Origin: the human T2T-CHM13v2.0 reference genome, Homo sapiens
DNA length: 64,000 nucleotides
NCBI RefSeq assembly: GCF_009914755.1
Contig: NC_060933.1
Direction: 5' to 3' (one strand)
In this document: one piece after another, positions 25,201 through 38,546 of the stretch
Layout: the number at the start of each line of letters is the position of its first letter
Position numbering within the stretch: position 1 is the stretch's first letter
Notes under the pieces: model-generated
What the model saw: only the letters and a program-made list of their open reading frames with translations
Told to the model about the DNA's origin: nothing
Databases searched by the model: none
Position numbers and translations under genes: made by a program

Positions 25201-28200
25201 CAAGTGGATATTTGAATAGCTTTGAAGGTTTCGTTGGAAACGGGAATATCTTCATATAAAATCAAGACAGAAGCATTCTCAGAAACTTCTCTGTGATGTT
25301 TGCATTCAACTCATAGAGTTGAACACTTCCCTTCATACAGCAGGTTTGAAACACTCTTTTTGTAACATTTGGAAGTGGACATTTGCAGCGCTTTGAGGCC
25401 TATGTTGAAAAAGGAAATATCTTCTCCTAAAAACCAGACAGAAGCATTCTCAGAAACTTCCTTGTGATGTGTGTACTCAAGTAACAGAGTTGAACCTTCC
25501 TTTTGACAGAGCAGTTTTGAAGCACTCTTTTTGTAGAATCTGCAAGTGGATATTTTGATACCTTTGAGGATTTCGTTGGACACGGGATATCTTCATATAA
25601 AATCTAGACAGAAGCATTCTCAGAAACTTCTTTGTGCTGTATGTCCTCAATTAACAGAGTTGAACCTTTGTGTGGATACAGCATTTTGGAAACATTCCTT
25701 TAGTAGAATCTGCAAGTTGATATTTAGATAGCTAGGAAGATTTCCTTGGAAACGGGAATATCTTCATATAAAATCTAGACGGAAGCATTCTCAGAAAGTG
25801 CTTTGTGATGTCTTCATTCAAGTCACAGAGTAGAATGTTCCCTTTTATAGAGCAGGTTTGAAACACTCTTTCTGCACTACCTGGAAGTGGACATTTGGAG
25901 CGCTTTGAGGCCTATGTTGAAAAACGAAATATCTTCCCATAAAAACTAGACAGAAGCATTCTCAGAAACTTGTTTGTGATGTGTGTATTCAACTAACAGA
26001 GATGAACCTTTCTTTTTACAGAGCAGTTTTGAAACACTCTTTTTGTGGAATCTGAAAGTGGATATTTGGATAGCTTTGAGGATTTCGTTGGAAACGGGAT
26101 TACATATAAAACCTAGAGAGAAGCATTCTCAGGAACTTCTTTGTGATGTTTGCCTTCAAGTCACAGGACTGAACATTCCCTTTCATAGAGCAGGTTTGAA
26201 ACACTCTTTCTGTAGTATCTGCAAGCTGACGTTTCAAGCGCTTTCAGGCCTATGGTGAGAAAGGAAATATCTTCAAGTAAAAACTAGACAGAAGCATTCT
26301 CAGAAACTTATTTGCCATGTGTGTTCTCAACTAACAGAGTTGAACCTTTGTTTTGATACGGCATTTTGGAAACACTCTTTTTGTAGAATCTGCAGGTGGA
26401 TATTCGGATAGCTTTGAAGGTTTCGTTGGAAACGGGAATATCTTCATATAAAATCTTGACGGAAGCATTCTCAGAAACTGCTTTGTGATGTTTTCATTCA
26501 AGTCACAGAGTAGAATCTTCCCTGTTATATACCAGGTTTCAGACACTCTTTCTGCACTACCTGGAAGTGGACATTTGCAGCGCTTTGAGGCCTATGATGA
26601 AAAAGGAAATATCTTCCCATAAAAACTAGACAGAAGCATTCTCAGAAACTTGTTTGTGATGTGTGTATTCAACTAACAGAGATGAACCTTTCTTTTTACA
26701 GAGCAGTTTTGAAACACTCTTTTTGTGGAATCTGAAAGTGGATATTTGGATAGCTTTGAGGATTTCGTTGGAAACGGGATTACATATAAAATCTAGAGAG
26801 AAGCATTCTCAGGAACTTCTTTGTGATGTTTGCATTCACGTCACAGAACTGAACATTCCCTTTCATAGAGCATGTTTGAAACACTCTTTCTGTAGTATCT
26901 GCAAACGGACATTTCAAACGCTTTCAGGCCTATGGTGAGAAAGGAAATATCTTCAAATAAAAACTAGACAGAAGCATTCTCAGAAACTTATTTGCGATGT
27001 GTGTCCTCAACTAACAGAGTTGAACCTTTCTTTTGATACAACATTTTGGAAACACTCTTTTTGTGGAATCTGCAAGTGGATATTTGGATAGCTTTGAAGG
27101 TTTCGTTGGAAACGGGAATATCTTCATATAAAATCAAGACAGAAGCATTCTCAGAAACTTCTCTGTGATGTTTGCATTCAACTCATAGAGTTGAACACTT
27201 CCCTTCATACAGCAGGTTTGAAACACTCTTTTTCTAATATTTGGAAGTGGACTTTTGCAGCGCTTTGAAGCCTATGATGAAAAAGGTAATATCTTCCCAT
27301 AAAAACTAGAAAGAAGCATTCTCAGAAACTTGTTTGTGATGTGTGTATTCAACTAACAGAGATGAACCTTTCTTTTTACAGAGCAGTTTTGAAGCACTCT
27401 TTTTGTAGAATCTGCAAGTGGATATTTTGATACCATTGAGGATTTCGTTGGACACGGGATATCTTCATATAAAATCTAGACAGAAGCATTCTCAGAAACT
27501 TCTTTGTGCTGTATGTCCTCAATTAACAGAGTTGAACCTTTGTGTGGATACAGCATTTTGGAAACATTCCTTTAGTAGAATCTGCAAGTTGATATTTAGA
27601 TAGCTAGGAAGAGTTCCTTGGAAACGGGAATATCTTCATATAAAATCTAGACGGAAGCATTCTCAGAAAGTGCTTTGTGATGTTTGCATTCAAGTCACAG
27701 AGTTGAATGTTCCCTTTTATAGAGCAGGTTTGAAACACTCTTTCTGCACTACCTGGAAGTGGACATTTGGAGCGCTTTGAGGCCTATGTTGAAAAAGGAA
27801 ATATCTTCCCATAAAAACTAGACAGAAGCATTCTCAGAAACTTGTTTGTGATGTGTGTATTCAACTAACAGAGATGAACCTTTCTTTTTACAGAGCAGTT
27901 TTGAAACACTCATTTTGTGGAATCTGAAAGTGGATATTTGGATAGCTTTGAGGATTTCGTTGGAAACGGGATTACATATAAAACCTAGAGAGAAGCATTC
28001 TCAGGAACTTCTTTGTGATGTTTGCATTCAAGTCACAGAACTGAACATTCCCTTTCATAGAGCAGGTTTGAAACACTCTTTCTGTAGTATCTGCAAGCTG
28101 ACGTTTCAAGCGCTTTCAGGCCTATGGTGAGAAAGGAAATATCTTCAAGTAAAAACTAGACAGAAGCATTCTCAGAAACTTATTTGCGATGTGTGTTCTC

Positions 28201-29698
28201 AACTAACAGAGTTGAACCTTTGTTTTGATATGGCATTTTGGAAACACTCTTTTTGTAGAATCTGCAGGTGGATATTCGGATAGCTTTGAAGGTTTCGTTG
28301 GAAACGGGAATATCTTCATATAAAATCTAGACGGAAGCATTCTCAGAAACTGCTTTGTGATGTTTTCATTCAAGTCACAGAGTAGAATGTTCCCTGTTAT
28401 ATACCAGGTTTGAGACACTCTTTCTGCACTACCTGGAAGTGGACATTTGCAGCGCTTTGAGGCCTATGATGAAAAAGGAAATATCTTCCCATAAAAACTA
28501 GACAGAAGCATTCTCAGAAACTTGTTTGTGATGTGTGTATTCAACTAACAGAGATGAACCTTTCTTTTTACAGAGCAGTTTTGAAACACTCTTTTTGTGG
28601 AATCTGAAAGTGGATATTTGGATAGCTTTGAGGATTTCGTTGGAAACGGGATTACATATAAAATCTAGAGAGAAGCATTCTCAGGAACTTCTTTGTGATG
28701 TTTGCATTCACGTCACAGAACTGAACATTCCCTTTCATAGAGCATGTTTGAAACACTCTTTCTGTAGTATCTGCAAACGGACATTTCAAACGCTTTCAGG
28801 CCTGTGGTGAGAAAGGAAATATCTTCAAATAAAAACTAGACAGAAGCATTCTCAGAAACTTATTTGCGATGTGTGTCCTCAACTAACAGAGTTGAACCTT
28901 TCTTTTGATACAACATTTTGGAAACACTCTTTTTGTAGAATCTGCAAGTGGATATTTGGATAGCTTTGAAGGTTTCGTTGGAAACGGGAATATCTTCATA
29001 TGAAATCAAGACAGAAGCATTCTCAGAAACTTCTCTGTGATGTTTGCATTCAACTCATAGAGTTGAACACTTCCCTTCATACAGCAGGTTTGAAACACTC
29101 TTTTTCTAATATTTGGAAGTGGACATTTGCAGCGCTTTGAGGCCTATGTTGAAAAAGGAAATATCTTCTCCTAAAAACCAGACAGAAGCATTCTCAGAAA
29201 CTTCCTTGTGATGTGTGTACTCAAGTAACAGAGTTGAACCTTCCTTTTGACAGAGCAGTTTTGAAGCACTCTTTTTGTAGAATCTGCAAGTGGATATTTT
29301 GATACCTTTGAGGATTTCGTTGGACACGGGATATCTTCATATAAAATCTAGACAGAAGCATTCTCAGAAACTTCTTTGTGCTGTATGTCCTCAATTAACA
29401 GAGTTGAACCTTTGTGTGGATACAGCATTTTGGAAACATTCCTTTAGTAGAATCTGCAAGTTGATATTTAGATAGCTAGGAAGATTTCCTTGGAAACGGG
29501 AATATCTTCATATAAAATCTAGACGGAAGCATTCTCAGAAAGTGCTTTGTGATGTCTTCATTCAAGTCACAGAGTAGAATGTTCCCTTTTATAGAGCAGG
29601 TTTGAAACACTCTTTCTGCACTACCTGGAAGTGGACATTTGGAGCGCTTTGAGGCCTATGTTGAAAAACGAAATATCTTCCCATAAAAACTAGACAGA
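22211..29698 (+). repeat. Four 11-mer HORs: b,a,b,c starting 22211, 24083, 25955, 27827
   Basis: Markers 23674, 25546, 27418, 29290 (spacing 1872). Confidence 0.95.
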
Positions 29699-32600
29699 AG
29701 CATTCTCAGAAACTTGTTTGTGATGTGTGTATTCAACTAACAGAGATGAACCTTTCTTTTTACAGAGCAGTTTTGAAACACTCTTTTTGTGGAATCTGAA
29801 AGTGGATATTTGGATAGCTTTGAGGATTTCGTTGGAAACGGGATTACATATAAAACCTAGAGAGAAGCATTCTCAGGAACTTCTTTGTGATGTTTGCCTT
29901 CAAGTCACAGGACTGAACATTCCCTTTCATAGAGCAGGTTTGAAACACTCTTTCTGTAGTATCTGCAAGCTGACGTTTCAAGCGCTTTCAGGCCTATGGT
30001 GACAAAGGAAATATCTTCAAGTAAAAACTAGACAGAAGCATTCTCAGAAACTTATTTGCCATGTGTGTTCTCAACTAACAGAGTTGAACCTTTGTTTTGA
30101 TATGGCATTTTGGAAACACTCTTTTTGTAGAATCTGCAGGTGGATATTCGGATAGCTTTGAAGGTTTCGTTGGAAACGGGAATATCTTCATATAAAATCT
30201 AGACGGAAGCATTCTCAGAAACTGCTTTGTGATGTTTTCATTCAAGTCACAGGGTAGAATGTTCCCTGTTATATACCAGGTTTGAGACACTCTTTCTGCA
30301 CTACCTGGAAGTGGACGTTTGGAGCGCTTTGAGGCCTATGTTGAAAAAGGAAATATCTTCCCATAAAAACTAGACAGAAGCATTCTCAGAAACTTGTTTG
30401 TGATGTGTGTATTCAACTAACAGAGATGAACCTTTCTTTTTACAGAGCAGTTTTGAAACACTCTTTTTGTGGAATCTGAAAGTGGATATTTGGATAGCTT
30501 TGAGGATTTCGTTGGAAACGGGATTACATATAAAACCTAGAGAGAAGCATTCTCAGGAACTTCTTTGTGATGTTTGCATTCAAGTCACAGAACTCAACAT
30601 TCCCTTTCATAGAGCAGGTTTGAAACACTCTTTCTGTAGTATCTGCAAGCTGACGTTTCAAGCGCTTTCAGGCCTATGGTGAGAAAGGAAATATCTTCAA
30701 GTAAAAACTAGACAGAAGCATTCTCAGAAACTTATTTGCGATGTGTGTTCTCAACTAACAGAGTTGAACCTTTGTTTTGATATGGCATTTTGGAAACACT
30801 CTTTTTGTAGAATCTGCAGGTGGATATTCGGATAGCTTTGAAGGTTTCGTTGGAAACGGGAATATCTTCATATAAAATCTAGACGGAAGCATTCTCAGAA
30901 ACTGCTTTGTGATGTTTTCATTCAAGTCACAGAGTAGAATGTTCCCTGTTATATACCAGGTTTGAGACACTCTTTCTGCACTACCTGGAAGTGGACATTT
31001 GCAGCGCTTTGAGGCCTATGATGAAAAAGGAAATATCTTCCCATAAAAACTAGACAGAAGCATTCTCAGAAACTTGTTTGTGATGTGTGTATTCAACTAA
31101 CAGAGATGAACCTTTCTTTTTACAGAGCAGTTTTGAAACACTCTTTTTGTGGAATCTGAAAGTGGATATTTGGATAGCTTTGAGGATTTCGTTGGAAACG
31201 GGATTACATATAAAATCTAGAGAGAAGCATTCTCAGGAACTTCTTTGTGATGTTTGCATTCACGTCACAGAACTGAACATTCCCTTTCATAGAGCATGTT
31301 TGAAACACTCTTTCTGTAGTATCTGCAAACGGACATTTCAAACGCTTTCAGGCCTATGGTGAGAAAGGAAATATCTTCAAATAAAAACTAGACAGAAGCA
31401 TTCTCAGAAACTTATTTGCGATGTGTGTCCTCAACTAACAGAGTTGAACCTTTCTTTTGATACAACATTTTGGAAACACTCTTTTTGTAGAATCTGCAAG
31501 TGGATATTTGAATAGCTTTGAAGGTTTCGTTGGAAACGGGAATATCTTCATATAAAATCAAGACAGAAGCATTCTCAGAAACTTCTCTGTGATGTTTGCA
31601 TTCAACTCATAGAGTTGAACACTTCCCTTCATACAGCAGGTTTGAAACACTCTTTTTGTAATATTTGGAAGTGGACATTTGCAGCGCTTTGAGGCCTATG
31701 ATGAAAAAGGTAATATCTTCCCATAAAAACTAGACAGAAGCATTCTCAGAAACTTGTTTGTGATGTGTGTATTCAACTAACAGAGATGAACCTTTCTTTT
31801 TACAGAGCAGTTTTGAAACACTCTTTTTGTGGAATCTGAAAGTGGATATTTGGATAGCTTTGCGGATTTCGTTGGAAACGGGATTACATATAAAATCTAG
31901 GGAGAAGCATTCTCAGGAACTTCTTTGTGATGTTTGCATTCAAGTCACAGAACTGAACATTCCCTTTCATAGAGCAGGTTTGAAACACTCTTTCTGTAGT
32001 ATCTGCAAGCGGACGTTTTAAGCGCTTTCAGGCCTGTGGTGAGAAAGGAAATATCTTCAAATAAAAACTAGACAGAAGTATTCTCAGAAACTTATTTGCG
32101 ATGTGTGTCCTCAACTAACAGAGTTGAACCTTTCTTTTGATACAACATTTTGGAAACACTCTTTTTGTAGAATCTGCAAGTGGATATTTGGATAGCTTTG
32201 AAGGTTTCGTTGGAAACGGGAATATCTTCATATGAAATCAAGACAGAAGCATTCTCAGAAACTTCTCTGTGATGTTTGCATTCAACTCATAGAGTTGAAC
32301 ACTTCCCTTCATACAGCAGGTTTGAAACACTCTTTTTCTAATATTTGGAAGTGGACATTTGCAGCGCTTTGAGGCCTATGTTGAAAAAGGAAATATCTTC
32401 TCCTAAAAACCAGACAGAAGCATTCTCAGAAACTTCCTTGTGATGTGTGTACTCAAGTAACAGAGTTGAACCTTCCTTTTGACAGAGCAGTTTTGAAGCA
32501 CTCTTTTTGTAGAATCTGCAAGTGGATATTTTGATACCTTTGAGGATTTCCTTGGACACGGGATATCTTCATATAAAATCTAGACAGAAGCATTCTCAGA

Positions 32601-32930
32601 AACTTCTTTGTGCTGTATGTCCTCAATTAACAGAGTTGAACCTTTGTGTGGATACAGCATTTTGGAAACATTCCTTTAGAAGAATCTGCAAGTTGATATT
32701 TAGATAGCTAGGAAGATTTCCTTGGAAACGGGAATATCTTCATATAAAATCTAGACGGAAGCATTCTCAGAAAGTGCTTTGTGATGTTTGCATTCAAGTC
32801 ACAGAGTTGAATATTCCCTTTTATAGAGCAGGTTTGAAACACTCTTTCTGCACTACCTGGAAGTGGACATTTGGAGCGCTTTGAGGCCTATGTTGAAAAA
32901 GGAAATATCTTCCCATAAAAACTAGACAGA
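29699..32930 (+). repeat. 19-mer HOR (3232 bp)
   Basis: Spacing 29290 to 32522. Confidence 0.95.
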
Positions 32931-35900
32931 AGCATTCTCAGAAACTTGTTTGTGATGTGTGTATTCAACTAACAGAGATGAACCTTTCTTTTTACAGAGC
33001 AGTTTTGAAACACTCTTTTTGTGGAATCTGAAAGTGGATATTTGGATAGCTTTGAGGATTTCGTTGGAAACGGGATTACATATAAAACCTAGAGAGAAGC
33101 ATTCTCAGGAACTTCTTTGTGATGTTTGCCTTCAAGTCACAGGACTGAACATTCCCTTTCATAGAGCAGGTTTGAAACACTCTTTCTGTAGTATCTGCAA
33201 GCTGACGTTTCAAGCGCTTTCAGGCCTATGGTGAGAAAGGAAATATCTTCAAGTAAAAACTAGACAGAAGCATTCTCAGAAACTTATTTGCCATGTGTGT
33301 TCTCAACTAACAGAGTTGAACCTTTGTTTTGATACGGCATTTTGGAAACACTCTTTTTGTAGAATCTGCAGGTGGATATTCGGATAGCTTTGAAGGTTTC
33401 GTTGGAAACGGGAATATCTTCATATAAAATCTAGACGGAAGCATTCTCAGAAACTGCTTTGTGATGTTTTCATTCAAGTCACAGAGTAGAATCTTCCCTG
33501 TTATATACCAGGTTTCAGACACTCTTTCTGCACTACCTGGAAGTGGACATTTGCAGCGCTTTGAGGCCTATGATGAAAAAGGAAATATCTTCCCATAAAA
33601 ACTAGACAGAAGCATTCTCAGAAACTTGTTTGTGATGTGTGTATTCAACTAACAGAGATGAACCTTTCTTTTTACAGAGCAGTTTTGAAACACTCTTTTT
33701 GTGGAATCTGAAAGTGGATATTTGGATAGCTTTGAGGATTTCGTTGGAAACGGGATTACATATAAAACCTAGAGAGAAGCATTCTCAGGAACTTCTTTGT
33801 GATGTTTGCATTCACGTCACAGAACTGAACATTCCCTTTCATAGAGCATGTTTGAAACACTCTTTCTGTAGTATCTGCAAACGGACATTTCAAACGCTTT
33901 CAGGCCTATGGTGAGAAAGGAAATATCTTCAACTAAAAACTAGACAGAAGCATTCTCAGAAACTTATTTGCGATGTGTGTCCTCAACTAACAGAGTTGAA
34001 CCTTTCTTTTGATACAACATTTTGGAAACACTCTTTTTGTGGAATCTGCAAGTGGATATTTGGATAGCTTTGAAGGTTTCGTTGGAAACGGGAATATCTT
34101 CATATAAAATCAAGACAGAAGCATTCTCAGAAACTTCTCTGTGATGTTTGCATTCAACTCATAGAGTTGAACACTTCCCTTCATACAGCAGGTTTGAAAC
34201 ACTCTTTTTCTAATATTTGGAAGTGGACTTTTGCAGCGCTTTGAAGCCTATGATGAAAAAGGTAATATCTTCCCATAAAAACTAGAAAGAAGCATTCTCA
34301 GAAACTTGTTTGTGATGTGTGTATTCAACTAACAGAGATGAACCTTTCTTTTTACAGAGCAGTTTTGAAGCACTCTTTTTGTAGAATCTGCAAGTGGATA
34401 TTTTGATACCATTGAGGATTTCGTTGGACACGGGATATCTTCATATAAAATCTAGACAGAAGCATTCTCAGAAACTTCTTTGTGCTGTATGTCCTCAATT
34501 AACAGAGTTGAACCTTTGTGTGGATACAGCATTTTGGAAACATTCCTTTAGTAGAATCTGCAAGTTGATATTTAGATAGCTAGGAAGAGTTCCTTGGAAA
34601 CGGGAATATCTTCATATAAAATCTAGACGGAAGCATTCTCAGAAAGTGCTTTGTGATGTTTGCATTCAAGTCACAGAGTTGAATGTTCCCTTTTATAGAG
34701 CAGGTTTGAAACACTCTTTCTGCACTACCTGGAAGTGGACATTTGGAGCGCTTTGAGGCCTATGTTGAAAAAGGAAATATCTTCCCATAAAAACTAGACA
34801 GAAGCATTCTCAGAAACTTGTTTGTGATGTGTGTATTCAACTAACAGAGATGAACCTTTCTTTTTACAGAGCAGTTTTGAAACACTCATTTTGTGGAATC
34901 TGAAAGTGGATATTTGGATAGCTTTGAGGATTTCGTTGGAAACGGGATTACATATAAAACCTAGAGAGAAGCATTCTCAGGAACTTCTTTGTGATGTTTG
35001 CATTCAAGTCACAGAACTGAACATTCCCTTTCATAGAGCAGGTTTGAAACACTCTTTCTGTAGTATCTGCAAGCTGACGTTTCAAGCGCTTTCAGGCCTA
35101 TGGTGAGAAAGGAAATATCTTCAAGTAAAAACTAGACAGAAGCATTCTCAGAAACTTATTTGCGATGTGTGTTCTCAACTAACAGAGTTGAACCTTTGTT
35201 TTGATATGGCATTTTGGAAACACTCTTTTTGTAGAATCTGCAGGTGGATATTCGGATAGCTTTGAAGGTTTCGTTGGAAACGGGAATATCTTCATATAAA
35301 ATCTAGACGGAAGCATTCTCAGAAACTGCTTTGTGATGTTTTCATTCAAGTCACAGAGTAGAATGTTCCCTGTTATATACCAGGTTTGAGACACTCTTTC
35401 TGCACTACCTGGAAGTGGACATTTGCAGCGCTTTGAGGCCTATGATGAAAAAGGAAATATCTTCCCATAAAAACTAGACAGAAGCATTCTCAGAAACTTG
35501 TTTGTGATGTGTGTATTCAACTAACAGAGATGAACCTTTCTTTTTACAGAGCAGTTTTGAAACACTCTTTTTGTGGAATCTGAAAGTGGATATTTGGATA
35601 GCTTTGAGGATTTCGTTGGAAACGGGATTACATATAAAACCTAGAGAGAAGCATTCTCAGGAACTTCTTTGTGATGTTTGCATTCACGTCACAGAACTGA
35701 ACATTCCCTTTCATAGAGCATGTTTGAAACACTCTTTCTGTAGTATCTGCAAACGGACATTTCAAACGCTTTCAGGCCTATGGTGAGAAAGGAAATATCT
35801 TCAACTAAAAACTAGACAGAAGCATTCTCAGAAACTTATTTGCGATGTGTGTCCTCAACTAACAGAGTTGAACCTTTCTTTTGATACAACATTTTGGAAA

Positions 35901-38546
35901 CACTCTTTTTGTGGAATCTGCAAGTGGATATTTGGATAGCTTTGAAGGTTTCGTTGGAAACGGGAATATCTTCATATAAAATCAAGACAGAAGCATTCTC
36001 AGAAACTTCTCTGTGATGTTTGCATTCAACTCATAGAGTTGAACACTTCCCTTCATACAGCAGGTTTGAAACACTCTTTTTCTAATATTTGGAAGTGGAC
36101 TTTTGCAGCGCTTTGAAGCCTATGATGAAAAAGGTAATATCTTCCCATAAAAACTAGAAAGAAGCATTCTCAGAAACTTGTTTGTGATGTGTGTATTCAA
36201 CTAACAGAGATGAACCTTTCTTTTTACAGAGCAGTTTTGAAACACTCTTTTTGTAGAATCTGCAAGTGGATATTTTGATACCATTGAGGATTTCGTTGGA
36301 CACGGGATATCTTCATATAAAATCTAGACAGAAGCATTCTCAGAAACTTCTTTGTGCTGTATGTCCTCAATTAACAGAGTTGAACCTTTGTGTGGATACA
36401 GCATTTTGGAAACATTCCTTTAGTAGAATCTGCAAGTTGATATTTAGATAGCTAGGAAGAGTTCCTTGGAAACGGGAATATCTTCATATAAAATCTAGAC
36501 GGAAGCATTCTCAGAAAGTGCTTTGTGATGTTTGCATTCAAGTCACAGAGTTGAATGTTCCCTTTTATAGAGCAGGTTTGAAACACTCTTTCTGCACTAC
36601 CTGGAAGTGGACATTTGGAGCGCTTTGAGGCCTATGTTGAAAAAGGAAATATCTTCCCATAAAAACTAGACAGAAGCATTCTCAGAAACTTGTTTGTGAT
36701 GTGTGTATTCAACTAACAGAGATGAACCTTTCTTTTTACAGAGCAGTTTTGAAACACTCATTTTGTGGAATCTGAAAGTGGATATTTGGATAGCTTTGAG
36801 GATTTCGTTGGAAACGGGATTACATATAAAACCTAGAGAGAAGCATTCTCAGGAACTTCTTTGTGATGTTTGCATTCAAGTCACAGAACTGAACATTCCC
36901 TTTCATAGAGCAGGTTTGAAACACTCTTTCTGTAGTATCTGCAAGCTGACGTTTCAAGCGCTTTCAGGCCTATGGTGAGAAAGGAAATATCTTCAAGTAA
37001 AAACTAGACAGAAGCATTCTCAGAAACTTATTTGCGATGTGTGTTCTCAACTAACAGAGTTGAACCTTTGTTTTGATATGGCATTTTGGAAACACTCTTT
37101 TTGTAGAATCTGCAGGTGGATATTCGGATAGCTTTGAAGGTTTCGTTGGAAACGGGAATATCTTCATATAAAATCTAGACGGAAGCATTCTCAGAAACTG
37201 CTTTGTGATGTTTTCATTCAAGTCACAGAGTAGAATGTTCCCTGTTATATACCAGGTTTGAGACACTCTTTCTGCACTACCTGGAAGTGGACATTTGCAG
37301 CGCTTTGAGGCCTATGATGAAAAAGGAAATATCTTCCCATAAAAACTAGACAGAAGCATTCTCAGAAACTTGTTTGTGATGTGTGTATTCAACTAACAGA
37401 GATGAACCTTTCTTTTTACAGAGCAGTTTTGAAACACTCTTTTTGTGGAATCTGAAAGTGGATATTTGGATAGCTTTGAGGATTTCGTTGGAAACGGGAT
37501 TACATATAAAATCTAGAGAGAAGCATTCTCAGGAACTTCTTTGTGATGTTTGCATTCACGTCACAGAACTGAACATTCCCTTTCATAGAGCATGTTTGAA
37601 ACACTCTTTCTGTAGTATCTGCAAACGGACATTTCAAACGCTTTCAGGCCTGTGGTGAGAAAGGAAATATCTTCAAATAAAAACTAGACAGAAGCATTCT
37701 CAGAAACTTATTTGCGATGTGTGTCCTCAACTAACAGAGTTGAACCTTTCTTTTGATACAACATTTTGGAAACACTCTTTTTGTAGAATCTGCAAGTGGA
37801 TATTTGGATAGCTTTGAAGGTTTCGTTGGAAACGGGAATATCTTCATATGAAATCAAGACAGAAGCATTCTCAGAAACTTCTCTGTGATGTTTGCATTCA
37901 ACTCATAGAGTTGAACACTTCCCTTCATACAGCAGGTTTGAAACACTCTTTTTCTAATATTTGGAAGTGGACATTTGCAGCGCTTTGAGGCCTATGTTGA
38001 AAAAGGAAATATCTTCTCCTAAAAACCAGACAGAAGCATTCTCAGAAACTTCCTTGTGATGTGTGTACTCAAGTAACAGAGTTGAACCTTCCTTTTGACA
38101 GAGCAGTTTTGAAGCACTCTTTTTGTAGAATCTGCAAGTGGATATTTTGATACCTTTGAGGATTTCGTTGGACACGGGATATCTTCATATAAAATCTAGA
38201 CAGAAGCATTCTCAGAAACTTCTTTGTGCTGTATGTCCTCAATTAACAGAGTTGAACCTTTGTGTGGATACAGCATTTTGGAAACATTCCTTTAGTAGAA
38301 TCTGCAAGTTGATATTTAGATAGCTAGGAAGATTTCCTTGGAAACGGGAATATCTTCATATAAAATCTAGACGGAAGCATTCTCAGAAAGTGCTTTGTGA
38401 TGTCTTCATTCAAGTCACAGAGTAGAATGTTCCCTTTTATAGAGCAGGTTTGAAACACTCTTTCTGCACTACCTGGAAGTGGACATTTGGAGCGCTTTGA
38501 GGCCTATGTTGAAAAACGAAATATCTTCCCATAAAAACTAGACAGA
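32931..38546 (+). repeat. Three 11-mer HORs: b,b,c starting 32931, 34803, 36675
   Basis: Markers 34394, 36266, 38138. Confidence 0.95.
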
